The notes under the pieces: generated by a model
The model's input: the letters and a program-made list of their open reading frames with translations, nothing else
What the model was told of the DNA's origin: nothing
Databases searched by the model: none
Shown here: piece after piece, positions 26,307 through 38,604 of the stretch
Layout of the letters: each line of letters begins with the position of its first letter
How positions within the stretch are numbered: the first letter of the stretch is position 1
NCBI GenBank assembly: GCA_013265495.1
Contig: MU057930.1
Location: 505,599 to 569,598, forward strand
Length of the DNA: 64,000 nt
Reading direction: 5' to 3'
Source of the DNA: Vicugna vicugna
Lineage: Eukaryota
Translations under genes and position numbers: made by a program

Positions 26307-26436
26307 CTGGAGAGACGTGAGGTCTCTTAAAGCCCCATCGGGGATGCTGGGAATGTCGTTGCCGTGAATCATCAGCAGCTCCAACTTGGTCAGTCCCGCA
26401 AACGAGGTTTCTGACAAGGCCTGTATGCTATTGAAC
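26307..26436 (-). CDS. MXRA5: MXRA5 exon 3 (130 nt): leucine-rich repeats
   Basis: Encodes FNSIQALSETSFAGLTKLELLMIHGNDIPSIPDGALRDLTSLQ. Acceptor TTTTCTAG|G at 26436, donor CAG|GTAAGC at 26307; phase fits exons 2 and 4. Confidence 0.96.
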
Positions 26437-28014
26437 CTAGAAAATAAAACACTGCAGTCAGACATAGTGACTTCGTCAGTCCCCTCTGGGGAGGATCTCC
26501 CAGCCTGCCCAGGGGGCAACGAAGCAAAACATTGTAACAGTACTCTTCTCAAAGCACATTCCTGTCTGCAGTGTCCATGTCTAAGGCAGCAAGGAAACAG
26601 ACCCATTGTTTTAACCGGCTTTCATTCAGTTCAGGCATATTCGAGGCTGGGAATTCAGACCTGGAGGATGCTAATGTGGTTGGTGGGATTTAGGCTTTAG
26701 AAGGAAGCTGGTGGAAACAGCCCCTCATTGGAAATTCTGCTTGCGATTGGGAGTCATACCAAAGACATATAGGCAGCCAAATGGACAAAAAAAATTGTAA
26801 ACTGACTATAAATCAATAAAAAAATGTAAAAAATGGACAAAACACCAAACAAACAAAAAAATAAAACAGGCATCAGAAGCAGTTTTCCATATAATGAGAG
26901 AAGGAGATTCTCTAAGATAAAGTACAAAAGTGAAAAGTTTGGCTGGCGAACATGGCCACCCCGACTTCACAGAAACGAGTTGCCGGTTCCGATGGATGAT
27001 TTAAGTCATTTGTAAACGTCCTGGCGTGTTCTGGGTTTTGGTTCCGCCTAGACAATTGATGCTTCCCTGACTGGTACAGAAATTCCTCGTTTCTCCGCCG
27101 TTGTTAGTGGCACCGGACAATCCCCAACGTTTGTCCCTGGAGAATGAATTATAAGATGAATGGAGAATCCTGGACTCTGCTCTGTTGTCGGGCGGTCACC
27201 CTGGGTCAGTGCTTCTGCTCAGTGAAACACACCTACCGTAACACCATTTTTTTGTTTCCCCTCGTCACCTAAATAAAAGGAACTACGTCTGCAGAGGACA
27301 CAAAGAGCTCATAGCTAATTCAGCAGATGACAGCCAGGTCCACTTTTTCTCATAAACACCCATGAGCCTCAAAGCGGATCCCAATTTTTAGCTGGGTAAT
27401 TACTCCCCTAAGAGCCATCCATAGGAAGCACCTTTCAGCTATAAATGTTGGCTGAGTGCAGGCAACATGACCTTCGACCGCAAAAACCGCTCACCTCAAT
27501 TGCTTCGGACTCTTCAAATAACCCTTTTCATCATTGCATTGTTTTAATAAGACCAAGTCAGGCAAAGGAAACTTCATATGGAATGACATATACCCCATCC
27601 TATTAGGGTACCACTAGAAGGACCCAAAATTGCGCATGAGGGGGAAATATTATAAAAGGTAATCATGTTTCTTGTTTCTCATTTTGACTCATGCAGTCAA
27701 TGGACCGTTATATGGAGAGTTTCTCTTTTTTACATTATAAAGCATCCCCTGCTCCGCCCCGCTGACCCCGTTCCTCTGTAATGCCTTGCTCCTCTGTCTT
27801 GTCAGCTGGCCTCTGCTCTCTTTGACGGCTAAGAGGCAAAATACTACAGAGAAATGGCCCAGTTAAGAAACCCTGATCAGAGGACTCAGCAGAGAACACA
27901 TCAAGCGACAGGGACCAGCAGGCCTTTATCCTCAGCAAGTCCGCAGAACAGAAAGGTGGCAGAGGGTTCCACCTCTGACGCAAACAGCAAAGAACTTGGA
28001 GAGTTAACAGTTCT

Positions 28015-28190
28015 ACTGTGGACATTGGACGAGGTCTGGAGATATTTTGGGGGTGTCACAACTGGCTGGGATGTGTGAGTGGCACCTGGTGGGTGGAAAA
28101 CAGGGACCCTGCTCAGCACCCTACAGTGCAGAGGACGCTCCCACCACAGAGAGTAACTCAGCGTCAAATATCAAGAGTGGAAACTGCCTT
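28015..28190 (+). mobile_element. MER20 DNA transposon (partial)
   Basis: GGACATTGG..GTCTGGAGATATTTTGGGGGTGTCACAACTGG...GCTCAGCACCCTACAGTGCAGAGGAC. Confidence 0.75.
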
Positions 28191-28204
28191 AGCATGAGAG
28201 ACTG

Positions 28205-28476
28205 TTGGTCATTCTGTCTGTCTCTCTATCCACCCAACCACTCATCCATCCATTATATCTATCTGTCTATCTATCTATCTATCTATCCATCCATCCATCC
28301 ATCCATCCATTCTTATCTAGCTATCTATCCACCCATCGTATCTATCTATCTAATCTATTTGTCTACCTACCTATCCATCCATCCATCCATGAATCTATCC
28401 ATCTGTCCATCTAATCTATCTACCTACCCATCCATCCATCCATCCCTCCATGAATTTATCCATCTGTACATCTAAC

Positions 28477-28533
<57 letters not shown>

Positions 28534-28540
28534 ACCTATA
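28205..28540. repeat. (TCTA/TCCA)n microsatellite in intron 2
   Basis: Includes a perfect (CTAT)n run at ~28480-28532. Confidence 0.95.
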
Positions 28541-31500
28541 TAAATCCTCCAGGATTTTCCCCTATATTATCTTCTTGGTGCTTGTCTTTAAGAGACATCC
28601 AAGAGCTACAGATGCAAGTGTTGTTGGTGTCAGAGATAAGAATGGGGTAACTTTTCTGGGAGACACAAAAGGCAAGGGAACCACCTGAATGCCAAGTGGA
28701 GGAGGTGATTCCTTCTCCCTCCACACCTGAGGGGTGGGGATGAATTCTCTCTGCGTCTGTCTAAAAATCAGCAGAGAGACAGGGAAATTCACGTGGCATT
28801 CAAGGAAGAGAATTTGATGGGGGCTGAGAAGACCTGGGATACAGCCCCATTCTGTAATTGATTACCTCTTTACCTTCCTCATCTGTTGATTGGCAACTAG
28901 TGACTACATAACCTCCTAGATGAAGTGGTTTCTTAATATCAGAAATACATGATGGTTTTGCAAGATACACATATACGGAATCATTATGTTGTACACCTAA
29001 AACTCATAATGGTATAGGTCAGTGATATCTCAATAAAAAAAAAGAAAGAAAAATAAATATATGTAAAACTGCTTCATGGATATCCATGAGTATCTAGTAA
29101 AATTTAAAATAAATTTAAATTTAAAATAAAGTAAAATTTAAAATAAAATCTGAAGTAAAATTAAAAATTAAAAAAAAAAAAGCAGTATGGGCATGTGGGA
29201 AATTCCAGAAAGATGTCATCAAAAGTCACCTTTTCATCAAGGGGAAAAAAATATCTTTAAAGGTCCATAAATTAGACATTAAGTGGATGATTGTTTTTCT
29301 TACTCAGAAATATTTGGAAAATAATTTTTGAGAAAGCTTTTTGGGACTGTCCAAACAGGAAAAACCAATGTTCTTTCAATGCTGAATGAGAACCCTGAAA
29401 ATAATGTGTGTGGGAATGAAAAATTCCATTAGTGCTCTGCCAAGAATCCCTCATTCCTTGAGTTTTAAACCCTTTGCTGACTGCTAAAAGACAGTGCAGA
29501 TCCTGAGTTCTATCTGTAGTAAACACTGATGTTTTTTCTTTCTTCCTTCCCCCTTTTTTCCCCAACAGAATGCGCAATGCCAGCCTCATTTTCTACTTTG
29601 AGACTAATTTTCGGAAACAGTGCTGTGACATTATAAGAGTGGTTTAAAACTGTGACACACTGAGTCATGTTAAAAATTAAGCCAGATGGAAGTCATAGAT
29701 TTGGCGCAGTGAAGCTATTGCTTACTTGTTCTTTTTTTTTTTTTTCCCACCTTTTAGCTTTAACATGATACAAAACCATCTCAAGGTACTACTGCGCGCA
29801 GTATGAAAAAGAAGCATTTTCGTATCTGCCTTTCTTCCCAGGGGCAATGCCTTTGAGATACCATAACACACCGTGTTCACAATCCATTGTTTGAAATGAA
29901 ACCTCCAAAAACTGTGTTCTAATTGAGACGCTACTTAAGTGCCCCCACTTACAGAGCACGTCAATTTAAAGCTGGGCAGGAGAAAGTCATCTTGAACAAT
30001 GTGAATGAGATGCAAACAGCTTGACAGATATAGTTTATAGGTCTTTGCACGTCTAGATCCATCAGTTAACTTTTTTTTTAGGGTGCGTGCAGTATCTTCC
30101 GCAAACCCAGTTCCAACCTGACAGCCCAGACCCCCAACACACAACAGGGGAGGAATTCATGCCTCTTAGGCAGGAGTCACACCCTCACCCCCACCCTTTT
30201 TAGGGGGCCCCCTATGGCCTATCTGACAGGGCCCCCCATTCTGTGCCCTGCAAAGGGGTCAGAATTGAGGGATTAAGTGGGTAAACCAGGAAGTGGGACA
30301 CTATGCTAAGAAACGGCCCGTGGAAGACGCAATTCGTAGGCAGAGGCATTTTGCACACCAGGAGGTGTAAGAGAGAAGAGAAATCACACACAAACTCCAT
30401 TTTCCTTCCCACAAACCTAGCATGACCCATTTTACCCTGATTCAAAGCAAGTTCCTCTTCTTAATAAACTGTACGATTGTTAAGAACGGCAACTGGTTTA
30501 AAAAGCTGTAAAAACAAAACTGTTAATTGCCCCTCTTCTGGCAAAGAGCTTTCATCCTTGTGGTTAGATTTTCAGATAATCACACCGTAAAGTTTGTCAA
30601 CATTTTTTGGAGAAAGTTATTTAATGGTCTGTTGCTATCGATGAGGGAAGGTTATATCTTATTGCCCTAACTTCTCATCCTTTTATTTTACTGCTGGACT
30701 TTATAATCAATAAATATGAGAATTTAAAAAAAAACTCTCTACTCAAAGATATCGAGGCATATTTATGGGTTTTTGTTCATTGACTCAAGCTTGGCCATTT
30801 CTCTAAAATGTCCCCATGGTGGCTACTCCTCAAATCCTAAGTCATTTTGTTGCTTTATAGATGGTAGAAAGTGGCAAATATATTTTGCTGAAGGAGTCCA
30901 AATGATTGTTCGCTATTAACATTGTACGAGTGACTGTCAAGTATGAAAATGGCACATGAGGCAGCTACAATTCACAGCAACTCACACTGAGGCATAGAGA
31001 GCATCGATGTGTCTAAAACAGAATAAAAATAGAAAAATCCTCCTTGAAATGCTGCACAGAAATATCTGTTCCAAAGATATCAATGTTTTCCAAAGGCAGA
31101 ATCTGAAAGAACTCTTATTTCATCAGGGTCAAAATCACATCATGAGGGTAACTTACAAGGTGTCAGAGATGTCTGATTCATCCTTTTTTTAAAAAAAAAT
31201 TATTATTCTCTAATAGTTTCTGAGGTCTACTTAAATACTATGAGTGTATTTATGTGTGTGTCATATGCGTTCACATCTGCAGTGTACTAAAGAAATGTTA
31301 TCAAAGGAGACTTATCGAGGAACTGAAGTTGTCCATGATGCTTCATTATTAAGCCTTGTGATGGAGGCTGTGGCTGGTGGATCACTTCAGATGACAGCCC
31401 CCCAAAAGACCACCTTTACTGTAGTTACACACGTCCCCGCGATTCAGCGCACAAAGGAGCAGATAACTCGAAACGGGGACGAATGAAGGAGGATACATTT

Positions 31501-31591
31501 GCTGTTGCGCGAATGCACAGACACGTTCGGAAAACCAAACAAACACGCATGCGAGGAGGCTGAAATTGCTCACAAAGAATGCGGTACAAAC

Positions 31592-31779
31592 CCCAAATTG
31601 ATCCTTTCCACATGTTTAGAGATCCCGGCGGGCACTGAAGCCAAGGAGCGGAACGTGCAGTGGACCTCGCTGGGAACGTAGCAGGCGCAAGGGTGAGGAC
31701 AGGCGAGCGCGGCGCGCGGGTGTCCCCAGAGCAGAATCAGCACCACGGAGAGTGCTTGCCACGGCGCCCGCGTTGGCAT
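31592..31779 (-). CDS. MXRA5: MXRA5 exon 2, first coding exon (188 nt CDS plus 28 nt 5'UTR to 31807): signal peptide and LRR N-terminal cap
   Basis: ATG at 31779 (GACAAG-ATG) encodes MPTRAPWQALSVVLILLWGHPRAALACPHPCACYVPSEVHCTFRSL, a hydrophobic leader plus CxxxCxC LRRNT. Acceptor CCCCCCCACAG|G at 31807; donor GG|GTTTGT at 31592/31591. Confidence 0.96.
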
Positions 31780-32489
31780 CTTGTCGGGGGGCGTTATCCC
31801 AGAACACCTGTGGGGGGGGGACACCACAAAACCAGAGGCGTTTAGTGCCAAGGGAGCACGTCTGTATTTTCAGCACAGTAACCTCCATTCTTGACTTGGA
31901 TACTGCGATTTGGAAGTCTCACTACGTTGTGAGAGCATACGCAATACACACACCGACACAGACACCCACAAAGATACATAAACATATACAACTATATACT
32001 TGTATAAACGTATATTTACACACACGTATGTATTTGTATAAATGTATCTATATATTTGTGTTCGTATAGAGAGAAGAGATACATTTATGTTTCCATAATA
32101 AATAATAAAAATACATATGTGTCCACCTATAATGTTAATCCCGAGCCACTAATACATTGTACATACGTGAACAGAAAGCATCTCAATTTGCTATCAGGAC
32201 TGCTACCTTCTTTCAATGACATCCTTTAAAGTTTTAATTGTATCTTCTTAAATGTGCTTTCAGAGGCATTCGCTAAAACCAAATTCATTCCTCTGTCTGT
32301 GGGTTTGTTTACTCTGTTTTAAAAAATTTTTTTCTTGCAATAACCAGAACGTTGAGCTGGTTCACTGTCACTGTTTATCAGGAGAAAGTTTGGGGAAATC
32401 CTTGAAAAATCTACTATCGGATAGACGAAGGAAAAGTGCCTGACTAAGAATCTTCAGGCCAACAAAAATATAATCAAGAGGACAAAAAG

Positions 32490-33155
32490 CAGAAGAAGAA
32501 AGAAAGAGAAGGGGAAGAAAGGAAGGAAGGTAGGGAGGGAGGGAGGAAGGAAGGAAGGAAGGGAGGGAGGGAGGAAGGAAGGAAGGGAGGGAGGGAGGNN
32601 NNNNNNNNNNNNNNNNNNNNNNNNNNNNNNNNNNNNNNNNNNNNNNNNNNNNNNNNNNNNNNNNNNNNNNNNNNNNNNNNNNNNNNNNNNNNNNNNNNNN
32701 NNNNNNNNNNNNNNNNNNNNNNNNNNNNNNNNNNNNNNNNNNNNNNNNNNNNNNNNNNNNNNNNNNNNNNNNNNNNNNNNNNNNNNNNNNNNNNNNNNNN
32801 NNNNNNNNNNNNNNNNNNNNNNNNNNNNNNNNNNNNNNNNNNNNNNNNNNNNNNNNNNNNNNNNNNNNNNNNNNNNNNNNNNNNNNNNNNNNNNNNNNNN
32901 NNNNNNNNNNNNNNNNNNNNNNNNNNNNNNNNNNNNNNNNNNNNNNNNNNNNNNNNNNNNNNNNNNNNNNNNNNNNNNNNNNNNNNNNNNNNNNNNNNNN
33001 NNNNNNNNNNNNNNNNNNNNNNNNNNNNNNNNNNNNNNNNNNNNNNNNNNNNNNNNNNNNNNGGAGGAAGGGAGGGAGGGAGGAAGGAAGGGAGGGAGGA
33101 AGGAAGGGAGGGAGGGGGAGGAAGGGAGGGAGGGACGGAGGGACGGAGGGAGGAA
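32490..33155. repeat. (GGAA/GGAG)n polypurine repeat interrupted by an assembly gap (N at 32599-33062)
   Basis: GGAAGGAAGGGAGGGAGG on both sides of 464 Ns. Confidence 0.9.
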
Positions 33156-34627
33156 AAAGATGGTCAGGTAAGTACTAGCATCAGCTACCTCCTTTAGAAC
33201 GTCAGCGATTATTTTTTTCATGCATCCATTCTGGCCTTCACCGTGGGAGATTTTTGTCAACTCTTGCACGAGATTTATTTAGAAACGGGTAATGCACACG
33301 GGCAGTAAAGAGCAGCGCAGAGAAACGCGCCCGTCCATTCGCCCCTGCTCTGGGCAAGCCCTAACTTCTGATCATAAGCTCTCCATCGGATCACACGCGG
33401 CACGGGCATCCCCAATCCGCAGGACCTCGAAACAGACTCCCTTAAGCCCGTACGCGTCTCGCCTTTCAGCTGCCCAGAAGGAGCTGACGGTGCAGGCAGC
33501 TTTGCAAAAAAAGAAAGAAAGAAAAAAACACACACATTCAGGCTCCTCCTCCGCGCCCTGGGGCGAACCGGCTCCCGAAGCCCCGCGGAGAGCGGTTTCC
33601 TCGCCCTCCGGGCCCGCGCCTCCCCCGCTCCCGCCCGCGCGCTTGACCTCCGCGCGGGGCTCCTGCCAAGGGCTGCGCGGCCCGCGCCGTGCGCCCGCCG
33701 GCGGGCCTGGCCCTGGCGGCCCGCTGCCTCCTCCGCAGCCTCGCGCTCCGCCCCGCCTTCCACGCAGGTCCCCTCGGAAGTCCGCGGGAACGCGCCCCAG
33801 GGAACCCCAGCCCCGAGGCCGCGAGGGAAGGCGCCCCAAGCCTGCAGGGCCGCCGGGCACGCCCGGCGAGCCCCGGGAAGCTGGGGCCGCGGCTCGCGGC
33901 GCTCGGCCTTCGTCCCCGCCGGCGGGGGACAACCTGCAGCGGCCGGGCGCGTGGCCCTGCGCCCCCGGCGGGCTGCCGGCGGCCGCTCCAACGCCTTCCC
34001 GGGGCGCGGCCCGGCGGCCCTGCAGACCTCCGAGGCCTGGGAGCCGGACACTGTCCCAGATGGCGACTTACCCAGCTTTCGCGCGGCTCAGCCACCCCGC
34101 TACCCCCGGGGGCTTCCCGTCTCTCTGTCCCAGGGGAAGAGGAGGAGCGGGGTCGGGGGGTGGGGGGGAGGTGAGGAACGGGGGAGAGGTTTTTAGTGCC
34201 GGGAACCAGAGGAATTTGGAAAGAGGCTCCGCAAAAGTGGCTTCTCCCCCCACCAACCCAAGAGCGCAGCCGGTTTTACTTGGAGATCCGGCTGGTGACT
34301 CCCTGGAAACCGGGGTGCGTGAGTGAGGGGTCGGTCGGAGAGGGGAGCGTAGGAGTAAAGAGAAAGGGTTGTGCGTTCCTCAGACCTACTCCACGCACCT
34401 TCCCGCAAGATTCCGCCAGCTTCTCCCCTGGAGGGTAACAGCTCCCTCAGCCCCTTGACGTGGTGCCAAGATTAACAGTTCAACGTGTCTGTTCGCCTCC
34501 CCTCTCGTCCCAAACCCAGCAGAGTCCCTCCTTTGGCCGCCCCCAACTCTTTCCACCCCCTGTAGACGGAGCCAGCACCACCCACCCCACCCCGCCCCCG
34601 GGCGCCCTGGCCGCGCTCGGTCCTCAC

Positions 34628-34760
34628 CTGTCCTTCGGAAGCCGCGACACACGGGAGCCGTGCGCCCAGCGAATCCGCGGGGCCGGGGCGCGCGAGTCAC
34701 CGCCGGGGGTCCGCCGGGGCCATGCCCTTCCCGGCGCTGGGGGCGAGGCAGGGCGGCTTC
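34628..34760 (-). other. MXRA5: Probable non-coding exon 1 (5'UTR) of MXRA5
   Basis: Strong donor GACAG|GTGAGG at 34628/34627 inside the CpG island, with a TATA-like AATAAAA about 30 nt upstream of the inferred start. The TSS position is inferred, not observed. Confidence 0.65.
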
Positions 34761-34785
34761 CCAGCGCCGCAAGGAGAGCCGGCCC

Positions 34786-34856
34786 CCTTTTATTCCCGGC
34801 GCCGAGAGACTTCCCCGAGTGCACGCCTCGGCCCACCCCCACCCTGCCCCACCCCT
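34786..34856 (-). promoter_or_regulatory. Core promoter: TATA-like GAATAAAAG, NF-kB-like GGGGAAGTCTC, G-tract/CACCC cluster
   Basis: Minus strand reads GGGGTGGGGCAGGGTGGGGGTGGG...GGGGAAGTCTC...GGGAATAAAAGGGGG, upstream of the exon-1 donor. Confidence 0.55.
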
Positions 34857-37800
34857 GGGACACAGGGCGCGGGCCCCAGCCCAGGGACCCTGGCCGCGCC
34901 GCTCTGCGCTCAGCCCTCCTCTCCGCCGCTCATGGCGCTGCGTCCGGAGCGGGCACGCCTCGCCCGCGCAGGCGGGAGGAGCCGCGGGGGCCGAAGGCGC
35001 GCGGCTGCGGGAAGGAACGTCTCCAGTCCCAGGGCAAGTCCGAGGGCGCGGCCGAGGCGCAGAAGCTGGGGGCGCGGGGCGAGCTGCAGCCCAAAGTCCG
35101 CACCCAGAGCGCTCTTCCCGGCGGAGCTGGAGACGGTGTGTTGCCCTCCGGGGAGGAGAGGAGGAAGCGAGTTTGCACTCCCCCGGGCGGGACGGGGTTT
35201 CCTCTGGCGGCGCCTCGGAACCCGAGTGCTGGCGGGAGCCGGCTGCGCCCCGCCGGCATCCCCCGAGCGGCAGGCGCGGCTGCAACGTGAGCCCCGCGGC
35301 CACGCCCTCCCGCCTCTCCCGTAGCTCCTGGCCGCCAGCTTCCCTCCGCCTGCCAGAATCCTCCTGCCAAAAGAAAAAAAAAGGTGGACGCTCTTCTCCC
35401 GTTTGGAGAGCCTGAGGGGGCTGGGCTGGGGCCGGGGACTCTGGGGAGCCTGGTGATACTCGCCGGGGCGAGTGAGAAGGGCCTGTGCCTCCGGAGGGCA
35501 GGAGACAGGCTGGGGAGGGCGGTGCGCCCTTCAGGCAGCAGGGGAGGGGCAAAGAAGGCGGGGTCCCGGCGCCCAGGAGGAATCAGAGCTGAGACAGGTG
35601 GGGAAGGTCGTCAGCAAAGCCACCTGGGCAGAGCTGAGACGGGCTTAGAGCTCCCACTGCGAAGGGAAAGACCGGGGGTGTCCCCGGGCCAGCATGCAGG
35701 AAGGGACCGTTTCAGGTGTCCTGACCGAGCCGGCTGGGCCGCCCGGCGCCCGGCCAAGGGCTGCGAGGAGGTGCCTGGAAATGAATCTTCAGACGACTTG
35801 CTGCTGAGGTGCAGAGTCTGGACTGGCTTGGTTTCTCCTAAGAAGTGTCTGGGAACTCCTCGCTGCCCTGGCCCAAGGCAGCGTCCACGGGGCAGGCCAT
35901 TAATAGGTCTGGTTCGTAAGTGGGTCCATTTGCTGATTCTATAGGCTTGTTTTTCAATTGTGTGTGGGGGTGCGTATTTCCAGGGACTGGCTTTGGGAGT
36001 CCTCTTTCTCGGCATTCCCAAAACGCTTTGACTGTATTTATCAGAAACCTGTGCCCCCTGGAATATCTCCTGATCCTTGTTCACGGCACTGCCGTCCAGC
36101 TACTCAGCTCAACTGGAAACTCAGGTCTCGGTCCCCAGGTGCCTCTCCTGCAGGACCTTGCAGTGCAACGGGCCTCCAAGTCCAGTGGATTCTGACTCCT
36201 AAGAAGCTTTGGGCCCAGCGACCTGCCCCTTCTCAGCGCTGCGGAATGGGTGGTCGTGTCTCAGCTCCCGCCTGCCTCTTCCTCCGCTCACTCTTTCTTT
36301 GTTCAACCTCCGGTGGGTCAGCAGAACTTGGAGGGTGCCATTGTCCTGGAAACAAGTGCTGAAGGTTGTCCACGGGCGACACATGACACGGGAGGGTCTT
36401 GCCAGCCTGTCCCAGGGAACTGGTGTCTGCTGATGTCCCTGGCTTTGCGGGGATGGTGGCAGATCCCTCTTCCTCCTTCTCCTCCTTCCTCTCCTCCTCC
36501 TTCAATGTCCATGCATTGTTGAGGTACTTGTTTTTGTCCAGTCACAGTCCCTTCCCTACCATTGATGGATAATCTCTTCCCCAGCTTCCATCTCATAGCA
36601 TTTACCAACATTCAGGCCCATGCACACGGCCCTTCGCTTGCATTAAGGCCGGGTACTTGCCCTTGTCTAATTCTAGGGCGACATATGGAAACCCCCACCC
36701 CCGCCTCCCGGCAGGATCTCTGGGGACGAGTGCCTAGTTCTCGCATGAGCTAAAGTTCTGAAAGGCTCAGACTCCAGAATGGGGGAGTTTCACAAGTTCC
36801 AAGGGAGGCTGGGCGTCACCGCGGAATGGCGGGGTTCTTTGCTGAGCGGGGGGTTCATAAAAGTAAATGTTGCATCACGTGAGTGCAGCACAGGCTGCTG
36901 TCCATACACAGAAGGCGAGCTGACCCTAGCTATTGTAGGATGACTGGGGAGGAAGAAAAAAAAAAAAAAACAGAAAAAGAAGTCTGCGCAGGAAATGTCT
37001 ACTTGCATAGCTGGGAAATCCCAGGGGTGGGCTAATAGCCAGTGGGGCTGTATCTTCATTTGAGCAGAAACAGACTTTTAGAAAGGCTCCGTGTGAGTCG
37101 TGCCCCCAGTCTGTCTAGGGTAAACCTTAGATGAGACTACAGGCTACTGGCACTCACTCTGAAAATCAGGGGGTAGTTTTTGTTTTGCTTTGTTCTTTCC
37201 TACCACGGGCGGTGGAAGTCTCCTGTTCCATTGCATTTACTAAAATGCTTCCAGATTTTCTCAGCAGCGTGATTTTAAACAGAATAGCATGAAGAGGGGG
37301 GAAAAAAAAGAACTACATGTCAGAGGAACTCCCCAGATCTCTGAATAACAGTGGAATGATTTCTGGAGGCGGGGGGAGGCTGGAGAAAATTCTGCTCAGC
37401 CAGGGGGGTAGCAACCTACAGGAAAAAAGCATCGTCTATAGACGTGAACTCAGCCTGACCCATCGTGGGGGGCACGCGGAAAGGGATTTCTTGGCACGTT
37501 GGAAAGTGTGTCTCCATCCCTGCCCCTTTTCTGAACCAGAAGCACCTAGAACAAGGGAAGGCACAGACAGACACACGCTCTTCTGTGCTGGGTCTTCCTT
37601 CCAGTTCCATTAGGTAGAGAACCAACGGCCGGTGGATAAGATGTTGGAATGTCAGCTCCCTCTTTCCTCTGTACCACAGAGTCAGAAAGCAGCCCGTCCT
37701 GGGGCGTCCCTTCGAAGACATCAGCTCTGGGTGGCTGTTTGTCTGAAACCGACAGCCAGCTCGCTTTTCAAAATAAAGATTACAAGGGGTCTCTCCCTCG

Positions 37801-38604
37801 ACGTGAAAATATTTCCTTCAGAGAGAAGTTCTGTGATGGTGGCTATTTAAAATTCCAGGAAGCGTCAAGATATATTTTTTTCTTTTTTGACAAAGCGTCT
37901 TGGTCTGCATGGATGCTGAGTTTCCTTCCTCCAGGCATGCTCCCCACCTCTAGGAAGAGAAACCGACTCGCTTCTGCGGGATTTCACATAGTAGCTGCCC
38001 TAAAAGGTCGAATGGAAGGTCATCAAAAGCTGCTTCTGAGCTATGAAGGCTGGTGAGACCCAGCCCTTCAGTGGGTCTCCTAAGGAAAGGTCTCGGAGTA
38101 CTTCTCTCACCTGCGGATGCATTCAAAACACCAGGTAAGGTTCCTAATTCTTCGGAAACATGCCTCTTTCATGAACTGGAAGGGCCAGCCTCCTTAGTAG
38201 GCAACAGATAAGTTATGGAGAGAGTTTCAGCCTTTCCTGAAAACAGACAAGACATCCTTGGGTCGGGTGACCGTCCATTGTCCGTGCACGTCAGGGAAGA
38301 GGAAACACCGAGTGGCAGGGCCGTCAAGATAGGTGTGTGTTGTAGGCAGACAATGCCTCTTTCCTTCTCCTTCCTTGCTTTACTGTGTCACAGGTTGGAG
38401 CCCAGAAAAGGCTGATGACCGGAGGAGAGGCAGGGAGAAGTGGGTGGCAGCTTCGAGTTTCAGCTTAGTTATCATCTGCACACACAGCGTGGGTCCCTTT
38501 GGTTCCGGAAACTTCTCCATCACCTTCTCAGGACCTGCTAAGCCAATGTGCACCTGGATTACTTTCCCAAGTTGAGCTGGGTTTTTGTTACTCGCAGTGC
38601 AAAA

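Larger units (their letters stand above)
33530..35800. promoter_or_regulatory. CpG island containing the MXRA5 promoter, exon 1 and the start of intron 1
   Basis: Very high GC and CpG density compared with flanks; multiple GC and CACCC boxes. Confidence 0.9.

Noticed and set aside
31586..31591. Weak exon-2 donor (GTTTGT) as a possible defect
   Set aside because: It is still a GT donor and gives the correct phase into exon 3; the gene shows no frameshift or premature stop.
32454..33269. 271-aa ORF
   Set aside because: Spans the N gap and a simple repeat.
33275..35944. Many 150-390 aa Arg/Gly/Pro/Ala-rich ORFs
   Set aside because: Artefacts of CpG-island composition; open in several frames with no domain signature.
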